A stretch of 32,000 nucleotides of DNA, from NCBI GenBank assembly GCA_039920285.1, contig JBDSDX010000001.1:60001-92000 (forward strand), read 5' to 3'. Every line of letters starts with the position of its first letter. The stretch's first letter is position 1. Below, one piece after another: positions 6,246-13,753 of this stretch. The position numbers and the translations under genes were made by a program. Source of the stretch: Candidatus Saccharimonadota bacterium (GTDB lineage: Bacteria > Patescibacteriota > Saccharimonadia > Saccharimonadales > Saccharimonadaceae). The notes beneath the pieces are model-generated. The model saw only the letters and a program-made list of their open reading frames with translations. It was not told where the DNA came from and searched no databases.

Positions 6246-8987
6246 ATGGAACTTGCGAGGTCCACTTTGCGCGGAGGGTTCTCCGTACGAAGTATTTTTA
6301 CTTTTGTCCTAACCGCCATTATCGCGGCACTTTTATGGGTACTCTTTGTTACCCCATCTATTCACGCTGAGACACAAACTGGTACCTGGAAAGGTGATTC
6401 TATTGTCTATGATGGCAATCTCTACTACGGTCCAACAGAGGTAAAGAATGCCAACGAAAGCCACGGCCTCGCTCAAGGTGTCCACTACTATATGCGCGTT
6501 GAGAAAATTAACGACCGCCCATTACAGCAAAAGGCTCATATTATCTATTTCACACCCGGAACTGACCCTCCGACAGCAAAAGCCGCTCAGTACGTCACTT
6601 ATGACCTCTCGAGCAACAACAAGACATTTTCACACCCAACAGATCAAAAAAGTATTGAGGTTACCCCTCAGACCCAAGTGACCCAAAGTTACGAACAATG
6701 TACCATCGACGGTGGTATTGGCTGGGTAATCTGTCCTGTCAGCGTCACCATCGCTGGTGCCATGGACTGGCTATTCGGTATTGTCAGTGATCTTATCGCT
6801 GTACAACCCCCTACGACTGGTGATACTCACAGCGACCTGTATGTGGCATGGAACATCATGCGCAGTATCGCCAATGTGGCATTTATTATCGTCTTTTTGA
6901 TTATTATTTATTCACAACTCACCAACCTTGGTGTGACTAACTATGGCCTCAAAAAGCTCATCCCTCGCCTCATCATCGGTGCAATCCTCGTAAACCTATC
7001 CTTTTATATATGTGCGATCGCTGTCGACTTTTCAAATATCCTCGGGTATTCACTCCAAGATATGCTGGCGGGAATCAGGGACAATACCTTTAATATCGAT
7101 AACACCGATACATCAATCGATGCGACAAATACCAACTGGACCGCAGTAACCGCCTTTGTTCTCTCAGGTGGAGCAGCCGGCTTGGGTTCATTAGCAGCGG
7201 CAACCGCCGGTTCTGCCGGATCAGCTATATTCCTTCTCCTCCCACTGTTACTTGGTCTCTTGCTTACTATTCTCTTCGTCCTTCTCGTTCTGGCTGCTCG
7301 CCAAGCGATTATTATCTGTTTGATCATCATCGCACCACTCGCCTTCGTGGCGTATCTATTACCGAACACTGAGAAATGGTTTGAAAAATGGCGCGAAGTT
7401 TTCCTCACTATGTTGGTATTCTTCCCTGCGTTCTCACTGGTCTTCGGTGGTTCACAACTCGCTGGTGGTATTATCATCCAGAACTCAAATGGCAACATCG
7501 TAACGCTCATCTTTGGACTAGCCGTACAAGTTGCTCCACTTGTTATCACTCCACTCCTACTCAAGCTCTCAGGCAGCCTTCTGGGTCGTGTTGCTGGTAT
7601 TATCAACGATCCTCGCAAGGGTATCATGGACCGCACCCGCAACTGGTCAAACGAACGTGCTGAAATGCACCGTCAAAAATCACTCTCGAAACCAGGTGGT
7701 GTCAATGGACTGCGCCGTTGGGGTCAATTTATGGACAACCGTAACCGCGGTGTCAAAGAAGCAACCGAACACTATACTCAGCTCAGCGAGAACCGCTACT
7801 CTCGTACTTCTCGTCGTGGTCGTCTCTACGAACTTGGTCACGAAGCTGAAACCCAAAAGAATATTATTAGCGGCCAGCTCGACCGTAACTTTAAGTCAAA
7901 GATGCTCGCTACTCCTCACCTTCTGAATGAAGAGATGGAAAGTCGTGTCATTGCAGATGAAGTCTCATCTAACGCCGAGCAGCTTAACCGCGTACAAGAA
8001 GCCTTGCGTGCGGGTAGTGACCTGAGTACTGGTCAATCACTCGGCCACCTGGCGGTTCGTTCACAACGCGCAACTCGCGATCTCTCGCTCAGTGCGATTA
8101 CCATTCAAACAGCCAAGCGCGTACAACAAGCTCAACTTTCTAAATCACTGGCTGACAATACCGACCGTATCAATGGTCAAAACGTCCGTACCTGGGCTGG
8201 TGGACGCTTGGATGTTGACCTGAAGAACGGTGTCGACAATGGTGCTGACTCAGCCCTCACCTATGCAATCAACTTGCAACGTGAAGCTGAGAACAAGCTC
8301 ATCGGCGAACGTACACAGCTCATCAAGCACTACAAGATTGATGGTGGTCAGCGTCAACGAGTTGCTAAGGGACTCGATGTCGATGTTCTGGACGATGTCA
8401 CGAAACAGGTTCTCTACACCTTCCATGGTGGCGATATATGGGCGCGTGAGGCTGCATACGAAATGCAGATGAAGACTGGTTCATTCATCGAACAAGCCGA
8501 ATTGATTGCTGGTTCTGGTACCAGTGGGTACGAACACCGTACAACCATTTCCGATGCTATCTTCGCTAATGGACTCCCAAGCAAAGCAATCTTCTTTGGC
8601 GGTAAGTTCATCAACGCTGTGAGCCAAGGTAGAATTGCCGGCCTTGACGAAGACATTCCTGATCCACTTAACCCTGGAAGTTTCAAAGAAAACCTTGTCT
8701 CATGGGCTGCTAAGAGCATCATCGAAGGTAAGATTAAAGCTGAAGACTTGGCGAATAACGATGCAGGCGCTGTCGATATCTATAACATGGCCGTCCGCAC
8801 CGCTGTCTCTCGTGGCTACGTCAAAACAGGTGAACTCGCAATCTTCAACAAGAACGTGGCTGCCCTTAAGGCAACTGCTCATACTATCCTTGACCCTAAT
8901 AACGAAATTGGTGCCAACGCATCCGAATCAACCAAGCGTGCCTTGCTCGACCTTGAAAAAGGCAACACGGCAAGCTTCCACTTCTAA
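6246..8987 (+). CDS. Polytopic membrane protein, TrbL/VirB6-like membrane core plus a 468-aa C-terminal soluble domain of unknown function
   Basis: 913 aa. Signal-peptide-like N-terminus (FTFVLTAIIAALLWVLFVTPSIHA|ETQ), then a ~160-aa exported region with 2 Cys. About 6-7 TM helices lie between aa 205 and 445, including the G/A-rich SGGAAGLGSLAAATAGSAGSA. The segment ARQAIIICLIIIAPLAFVAYLLPNTEKWFEKW resembles the TrbL/VirB6 core as I remember it. The C-terminal aa 446-913 look helical and soluble with no motif I recognise. The CDS call is firm; the family assignment is tentative. Confidence 0.5.
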   Translation: MELARSTLRGGFSVRSIFTFVLTAIIAALLWVLFVTPSIHAETQTGTWKGDSIVYDGNLYYGPTEVKNANESHGLAQGVHYYMRVEKINDRPLQQKAHIIYFTPGTDPPTAKAAQYVTYDLSSNNKTFSHPTDQKSIEVTPQTQVTQSYEQCTIDGGIGWVICPVSVTIAGAMDWLFGIVSDLIAVQPPTTGDTHSDLYVAWNIMRSIANVAFIIVFLIIIYSQLTNLGVTNYGLKKLIPRLIIGAILVNLSFYICAIAVDFSNILGYSLQDMLAGIRDNTFNIDNTDTSIDATNTNWTAVTAFVLSGGAAGLGSLAAATAGSAGSAIFLLLPLLLGLLLTILFVLLVLAARQAIIICLIIIAPLAFVAYLLPNTEKWFEKWREVFLTMLVFFPAFSLVFGGSQLAGGIIIQNSNGNIVTLIFGLAVQVAPLVITPLLLKLSGSLLGRVAGIINDPRKGIMDRTRNWSNERAEMHRQKSLSKPGGVNGLRRWGQFMDNRNRGVKEATEHYTQLSENRYSRTSRRGRLYELGHEAETQKNIISGQLDRNFKSKMLATPHLLNEEMESRVIADEVSSNAEQLNRVQEALRAGSDLSTGQSLGHLAVRSQRATRDLSLSAITIQTAKRVQQAQLSKSLADNTDRINGQNVRTWAGGRLDVDLKNGVDNGADSALTYAINLQREAENKLIGERTQLIKHYKIDGGQRQRVAKGLDVDVLDDVTKQVLYTFHGGDIWAREAAYEMQMKTGSFIEQAELIAGSGTSGYEHRTTISDAIFANGLPSKAIFFGGKFINAVSQGRIAGLDEDIPDPLNPGSFKENLVSWAAKSIIEGKIKAEDLANNDAGAVDIYNMAVRTAVSRGYVKTGELAIFNKNVAALKATAHTILDPNNEIGANASESTKRALLDLEKGNTASFHF

Positions 8988-9631
8988 ACAGCAATGGGTT
9001 CAGCGTCTTCAACAGACCACTGAGCAATCTCGGTACGGCGCAGCTCTGAGCAATAGGCTCCTGTTTCAAGGACTTTTCCAACGTCCTCTGCAAGCGTTCT
9101 GATATAGGTTCCACTGCTGACGTGAACGCGAACCGCGACGTCTGGATAGGTATACGACATAAGATCGAGACTGAAGATCGTCACGGTTCGTTCTGGCATT
9201 TCTATTGATTGACCTTCACGGGCAAGTTTATAGGCGCGTTGACCGTTGATCTTGATCGCACTATAGATCGGAGGTCGTTGTTTAATCTCACCAACGAATT
9301 GCTTTAAAGCAGATTCTACATGTTCTTGAGTTGGTTCTTTTGAGGAAATGTCCGTCAATTCACCTTCCGGGTCACCTGTTGTGCTCGTTTGTCCGAGACG
9401 AATGACTGCTTCGTATTCCTTATCAAGTTTTGAATAATCACCAGCGTTGCGACATTCTTTGCCAGTGACAATAATCATTAACCCCGTCGCAAATGGATCG
9501 AGTGTTCCAGTGTGGCCGACCTTTGCCTTTTTACCGAGTTCTTGGGATAAACGGCGACGGACACGCGCCACAACACCAAAACTGGTAATCCCAGCTGGTT
9601 TATCGATTAATAAGACACTGTCTTCATTCAT
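8984..9631 (-). CDS. truB: tRNA pseudouridine(55) synthase TruB (short form, no obvious PUA domain)
   Basis: LLIDKPAGITSFGVVARVRR...GHTGTLDPFATGLMIIVTG. The six-frame ORF starts at TTG 9637; ATG 9631 is preferred (TATAAT at 9641..9646 lies 9 nt upstream). Its stop codon overlaps the stop of the convergent 913-aa gene. Confidence 0.9.
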   Translation of the reverse strand: MNEDSVLLIDKPAGITSFGVVARVRRRLSQELGKKAKVGHTGTLDPFATGLMIIVTGKECRNAGDYSKLDKEYEAVIRLGQTSTTGDPEGELTDISSKEPTQEHVESALKQFVGEIKQRPPIYSAIKINGQRAYKLAREGQSIEMPERTVTIFSLDLMSYTYPDVAVRVHVSSGTYIRTLAEDVGKVLETGAYCSELRRTEIAQWSVEDAEPIAV

Positions 9632-9662
9632 ATCCAAGCAATTATACCCTACTGGGGTCTAT

Positions 9663-11360
9663 TTACTGTTGGCCAGGGATTTTAAACTGTCCAGGATCAG
9701 TTGGTCCTAGTATTGGCGACGCTATAGGTTGCGGAGGTAATGGTTGAAGTACTGTCATGCCGCCCGCAGGTGTTGGCATGAAAGGAACGGCCGCTGGTTG
9801 AGCTGGTTCTGGTGCTAAAATATCACCAAGAATTTCTGGTTTCGGTGCTGGTGGCGTAGTGTACGCAGTACTTGGCATAACTGGTGGTTGCGAGAAGTCC
9901 GGTACAGCAGGCGGCATCGGTAAACCGAGGTCGGCTGGTGCAGGTGGCATTGGTGGTAGGCCGGGATTCTGCGTGACCGGTGGAGCTATTGGTTCAATCA
10001 TTATTGGTGCAGCCGGCATGACCGATGAAGCTGGTGTAGGTGCGGCAGGTTCTGGTGTTGATGGCGTATCAAGTCCGTAGGCAGAATGAACTAAGTCACC
10101 AATTGCGGGTGCGGCGGCACCGGCGCCAGAGTTAACACTACTTGAACCAGCGGGTACATTACTTCCAAGGAAATCATGTCCAGGATCAACACTAGGGGCA
10201 TCGATCGGTGCAGTCGGTGTGGTTCCTACATATGCATGGCTCAAAATTGTTTTATTTTGATCACTTTCGGCTTCGTGGCGAGCATCGTCAGAGGCTTGCT
10301 CGGTTGTCGCGCTGAGTGAACCACCAAGTGAAGGTTCTTGACCAGAATCTTCTGGATCGAGTCCGTAGGCCGACCCCACTTCAGTTGACGCGGGGATATC
10401 TTCATTATCTGCTTCAGCGTCAGGGCCATAGGCGTCAGTCGTCGTTTCAGTTTCAGGTGTTTCATCCTTTTCGGCTGCTTTGACGCGCTTGTCCATCTGT
10501 TCGAGCGTTTCGTTTGGATCGTGTTCAATACTAATGCTGTCTTTCGACTCATTTTTAGCAGGTGCTGACTTCTGTTTACTCGTTTCGCCGATTTCGTGTG
10601 ATTCTTCGAGTTTTGAAGCAATCAATTGTTGATCAGCTCCAGCCGACATCAATTGTGCAGCAATTGTCATAACACGAGAAGTCGTGTGAGTATTACTAAA
10701 ACGATCTGTTTGTGCGACGATACCGGTCAAAAAAGCGGTCGCAATCGAACTATCGAGCAGTGATTGTTCTGGGTCAGTTTTCAAAGCCTCAGCGAGACCA
10801 GCAACCATCTCACTCATACTGCTCGCTTGTGGGTCGTTCCAATCGATACCACCAAGGGTACTCGTCTGGTCACCTGCGGTCACAGTAATGATGGTTGCAT
10901 CATGTAAGATCTGTCCGTGAGATTCAAGTGCAGCGTCCAAGTGGTCTTGGTTGTCGACGCCAAGAGCAATAACTAACTCAACGTTGTAATCACCTTGGCT
11001 AAAGTCCAGGTCTTTACTTGTAATGGTTGTACGGTACGGTGTAATGAAAATCTTAACAGAGTCACCTTCCACCTTGTATTTAAGGTGGTCGGCTTTTTCT
11101 TTATCAAGGGCGATAATAAAATCACGCAAACTGTCCGTAGTGCTATCAAATGTCTTCTCTGGCTCAAGGAAAGAGATTGCTGGTGGCACTGCCCCACTGA
11201 AGACAGCAGTGGGGTGCTTTTCGAGTTTATCCAAGAGGAGAGTCAGACCTAAAGCAGCCGATAAAGCATCAACTGAAGGGCTATTTGAGACGGTAACAAG
11301 AATATTAGTCGAGCTGGTGATCTTCTCAACTATTTCTTGTTTAGCTTTGATGTCGTCCAT
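9663..11360 (-). CDS. DHH-family (NrnA-like) protein with degenerate catalytic motifs and a long acidic/Pro-rich C-terminal tail
   Basis: 565 aa. The N-terminal ~250 aa follow an NrnA-like pattern (ILVTVSNSPSVDALSAALGL; ASSMSEMVAGL; ATAFLTGIVAQTDRFS). There is no DHH tripeptide (VDNQDH instead) and no GGGH/DHHA1 domain. aa 253-565 are low complexity. The gene occupies the position upstream of truB that NrnA-type genes hold in Firmicutes/Actinobacteria. Confidence 0.7.
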   Translation of the reverse strand: MDDIKAKQEIVEKITSSTNILVTVSNSPSVDALSAALGLTLLLDKLEKHPTAVFSGAVPPAISFLEPEKTFDSTTDSLRDFIIALDKEKADHLKYKVEGDSVKIFITPYRTTITSKDLDFSQGDYNVELVIALGVDNQDHLDAALESHGQILHDATIITVTAGDQTSTLGGIDWNDPQASSMSEMVAGLAEALKTDPEQSLLDSSIATAFLTGIVAQTDRFSNTHTTSRVMTIAAQLMSAGADQQLIASKLEESHEIGETSKQKSAPAKNESKDSISIEHDPNETLEQMDKRVKAAEKDETPETETTTDAYGPDAEADNEDIPASTEVGSAYGLDPEDSGQEPSLGGSLSATTEQASDDARHEAESDQNKTILSHAYVGTTPTAPIDAPSVDPGHDFLGSNVPAGSSSVNSGAGAAAPAIGDLVHSAYGLDTPSTPEPAAPTPASSVMPAAPIMIEPIAPPVTQNPGLPPMPPAPADLGLPMPPAVPDFSQPPVMPSTAYTTPPAPKPEILGDILAPEPAQPAAVPFMPTPAGGMTVLQPLPPQPIASPILGPTDPGQFKIPGQQ

Positions 11361-11406
11361 TGTGGTAGTTTTTGTTTCTTTTATTAGCTATTAACGCTTT
11401 TGCTTC

Positions 11407-11436
11407 ACTATACCATAAGGGTTTTCACCCCGTCAA
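11407..11436 (-). promoter_or_regulatory. Promoter of the DHH-truB unit: TTGACG-18 nt-TATAGT with TGg extension
   Basis: Reverse strand reads TTGACGgggtgaaaacccttaTGgTATAGT. About 46 nt of leader to the ATG at 11360, no obvious SD. Confidence 0.5.
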
Positions 11437-11454
11437 CAAAACAACTCTCTACCC

Positions 11455-11483
11455 TTTACATTTCATCTATTTTCCTCTATAAT
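11455..11483 (+). promoter_or_regulatory. rpsT promoter: TTTACA-17 nt-TATAAT
   Basis: TTTACAtttcatctattttcctcTATAAT. The leader of ~40 nt contains AAAGGA 6 nt before the ATG at 11529. Confidence 0.55.
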
Positions 11484-11528
11484 CACCCTTTGACTAGACA
11501 AAACATTTTTAAGAGATAAAGGACATCC

Positions 11529-11915
11529 ATGCCGATCATCAAATCCGCTATCAAGCGAGCAAAACAAACTATCAAACGACGAGACCGTAACGTTGGTATT
11601 AAGCGTGAAATCAAGGAAGCCGTTAAGACTTTCATGACGACCCCTACTGCTGCAACACTCTCAGCTGCACAAAGCGAGATTGATACTGCAGTGAAAAAGA
11701 AGCTTCTGAACAAGAACACTGCTTCTCGCCGTAAAGCTAACCTTGCGAAATTCGCAAAAGAAGCTGGTGTTAAAATCGGTACTGCGAAAAAAGCGGCACC
11801 AAAAGCTGCTCCTAAAGCTGCTGCTGCAAAACCTGCTACTGCAAAGAAGCCAGCTGCTACTAAAGCTCCTGCCACCAAGAAAGCACCGGCTAAAAAACCT
11901 GCTGCAAAGAAGTAA
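11529..11915 (+). CDS. rpsT: 30S ribosomal protein S20 with a 44-aa Ala/Lys/Pro-rich C-terminal extension
   Basis: MPIIKSAIKRAKQTIKRRDRNVGIKREIK...TASRRKANLAKFAKEAG is S20. It is followed by TAKKAAPKAAPKAAAAKPATAKKPAATKAPATKKAPAKKPAAKK. Confidence 0.9.
   Translation: MPIIKSAIKRAKQTIKRRDRNVGIKREIKEAVKTFMTTPTAATLSAAQSEIDTAVKKKLLNKNTASRRKANLAKFAKEAGVKIGTAKKAAPKAAPKAAAAKPATAKKPAATKAPATKKAPAKKPAAKK
11781..11912 (+). repeat. Low-complexity A/K/P coding repeat (S20 tail)
   Basis: Reiterated aaa-gct-gct / cct-gct / aag-aag codon runs. These also create the spurious antisense ORFs at 11483..11878 and 11661..11921. Confidence 0.8.
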
Positions 11916-11931
11916 ATTCACTTCTCTATTT

Positions 11932-11959
11932 AAAAAGAGCCTCTGGGGGCTCTTTTTTT
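11932..11959. terminator. Bidirectional intrinsic terminator between rpsT (+) and holA (-)
   Basis: AAAAAGAGCC-tctggg-GGCTCTTTTTTT: a 5-bp GC-rich stem extendable by A/T pairs, with a T-run on the + strand and an A-run (T-run on the - strand) on the other side. The holA stop TAA (11958..11960) lies in the tract. Confidence 0.8.
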
Positions 11960-12860
11960 AACGACTTGCTTCGATGAGCGCGCGTTCAATTAATATCCAC
12001 GGATCAGCTTTTGACCGCTTCATATCGGCATCCGCTTGAGCAAAAGCCTTTAAGATACGGAGGCTCCCCACTTTACCAACTCGTGTTGCATGACGCGTAA
12101 GTTTTGAAGCAACGTAAGGATGAATGGCGAGATCTTTAGCTGCGTTATCACCCTGCCCTGCATTTGCGACACCAGCGAGCTGAAATACTTGTGAAGAAAG
12201 GAGTGCAAATAATTTATACGGATCTTCAGTGAGTTCAAGGGTCTGTAACATTGTGTGTACTTTTTGCGGGTGACCTTCGAGAGCCGTTTCAAATAATTGA
12301 AACACGTTTTCTGACGGTGACGCATCGATTGTGGTTTCGATTGAATCGGCAGTAATATCATCAATGAGAGAAAGCTTATCCAAGGCACTGGCAAGTTGCC
12401 ATTGGTCGAGTCCAACCCGTTCCACAACTTGATGTACTAACTTTTTATCTAATCTGAGGCTCAGCGATTCAGCGCGCTTTGCCACCCAGTTTTCAGCGAG
12501 TCCTCTATCACGATCTCCCCAACCAAAAAACTCTTGGACGGTCGCATATTTTTTGAGTTCTTTATAGGCAACTGTCCGCTTATCGGGCTTTTTATCAATC
12601 AGAACCAGCTGAATATCGTCAGAGATCCGAGGAAGCCATTCGGGTAATCGCTCCCAGACTGATTTGTTCTGTGAAAGTTCTTTAATAATGACAAGACGCT
12701 TTTCAGCAAACAAAGTACCGCCCATGAGAAGATCGGGTAAGTTTTTAAATTCGAGTTCAGAGCCATCTACTTTTTCGGCACGGCCAGCAAAACCAGCAAC
12801 AATACTCGTAAGCGCTTCGTTGAGCTCAAAACTATTGTCTCCCGTCAGTAGTGTAATCAT
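11958..12860 (-). CDS. holA: DNA polymerase III delta subunit
   Basis: 300 aa. N-terminus MITLLTGDNSFELNEALTSIV...LFAEKRLVIIKE fits the HolA pattern. Divergent and adjacent to rpsT, as in Firmicutes. Confidence 0.7.
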   Translation of the reverse strand: MITLLTGDNSFELNEALTSIVAGFAGRAEKVDGSELEFKNLPDLLMGGTLFAEKRLVIIKELSQNKSVWERLPEWLPRISDDIQLVLIDKKPDKRTVAYKELKKYATVQEFFGWGDRDRGLAENWVAKRAESLSLRLDKKLVHQVVERVGLDQWQLASALDKLSLIDDITADSIETTIDASPSENVFQLFETALEGHPQKVHTMLQTLELTEDPYKLFALLSSQVFQLAGVANAGQGDNAAKDLAIHPYVASKLTRHATRVGKVGSLRILKAFAQADADMKRSKADPWILIERALIEASR

Positions 12861-12875
12861 TACGTTCAGTATACC

Positions 12876-13742
12876 TTAGAGCGTCTGACAGTGCGGGCAG
12901 ATGTGTGTCCCACGACCAGCAACGCGCAACTTTTCAATCGTTGTTCCACAACGTGGACAAGGCAATCCCTCACGCCGAAACACGCGTGCAAAATCCATAT
13001 AACTTCCCTTTTTACCTTCAGCATTCACATAGGTATGATTCGACGAACCGCCTTTTTCGATGGCGAGGTTCATGACTGTACGAAGCTCTGTATAAAGTAA
13101 TCCAAATTCTTTTGGCGTGATTGACGAGACTAATCGTTTCGGGTGGATCTTCGCGCCCCATAATGATTCATCGGCGTAGATATTCCCAACTCCTGCAACA
13201 ACTGACTGATCAAGAATTGCAGCTTTGATATTCGTCCGAGCGCGGCGCGTAAATCGTTCAGCAAAATCTTTCGCAGTGAATGAATCTTCGAGCGGTTCTG
13301 GTCCTACTTTTTTCATAAAATCAGTCTCAGCAATAAGAACGGTTGGGATGAGTTTGATCCAGCCAAATTTTCGTTGATCATTAAAATAAAGTTGTGAGCC
13401 GTCGTCGAATATAAACGAAGCACGGGTCGATTTGTCAGGCAATGCGTTCACTAAACTATCATTTGGGTGCCCTGCCCCAAAACGCACATCTCCCATGAAT
13501 ACCAACTGACCAGTCATCTTCAAATGAATCAACAATGAATAGTCATTATTTAAATCAATAATAAGCACTTTAGCGCGCCGTCTCACGGCCTTGATTGATG
13601 AACCTAGAAGAAAGTTCGTGACGTCGGCTTCGGCGTTAGGAAAGCTCTTAGGTGTATCGTGTGAAACAGATCGGACAATCTTTCCGACGATAAGTGCTTG
13701 AAGACCGCGACGAACTGTTTCGACTTCAGGTAACTCAGGCAT
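12876..13742 (-). CDS. mutM: Formamidopyrimidine-DNA glycosylase (Fpg/MutM)
   Basis: MPELPEVETVRRGL N-terminus (catalytic Pro2/Glu3) and a C-terminal zinc finger CPRCGTTIEKLRVAGRGTHICPHCQ. Confidence 0.95.
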   Translation of the reverse strand: MPELPEVETVRRGLQALIVGKIVRSVSHDTPKSFPNAEADVTNFLLGSSIKAVRRRAKVLIIDLNNDYSLLIHLKMTGQLVFMGDVRFGAGHPNDSLVNALPDKSTRASFIFDDGSQLYFNDQRKFGWIKLIPTVLIAETDFMKKVGPEPLEDSFTAKDFAERFTRRARTNIKAAILDQSVVAGVGNIYADESLWGAKIHPKRLVSSITPKEFGLLYTELRTVMNLAIEKGGSSNHTYVNAEGKKGSYMDFARVFRREGLPCPRCGTTIEKLRVAGRGTHICPHCQTL

Positions 13743-13753
13743 GTCGGAACCTT

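Noticed and set aside
7004-7642. 212-aa antisense ORF inside the 913-aa membrane protein gene. Similar long antisense or alternate-frame ORFs occur at 3236..3736, 3812..4333, 11483..11878, 11661..11921, 14499..14966, 15287..15808, 20891..21424 and 30039..30380.
   Set aside because: Each lies opposite or out of frame to a gene with strong homology-type evidence. Their sequences are low complexity (Ser/Arg/Leu-rich) or mirror the A/K/P or acidic repeats of the sense gene. None has an SD or a -10-plus-ATG signal.
4416-8987. Whether the opposite-strand inserts are mobile elements or a genomic island.
   Set aside because: I found no integrase, transposase or recombinase gene, no flanking direct or inverted repeats by eye, and no adjacent tRNA. 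They are reported only as synteny breaks.
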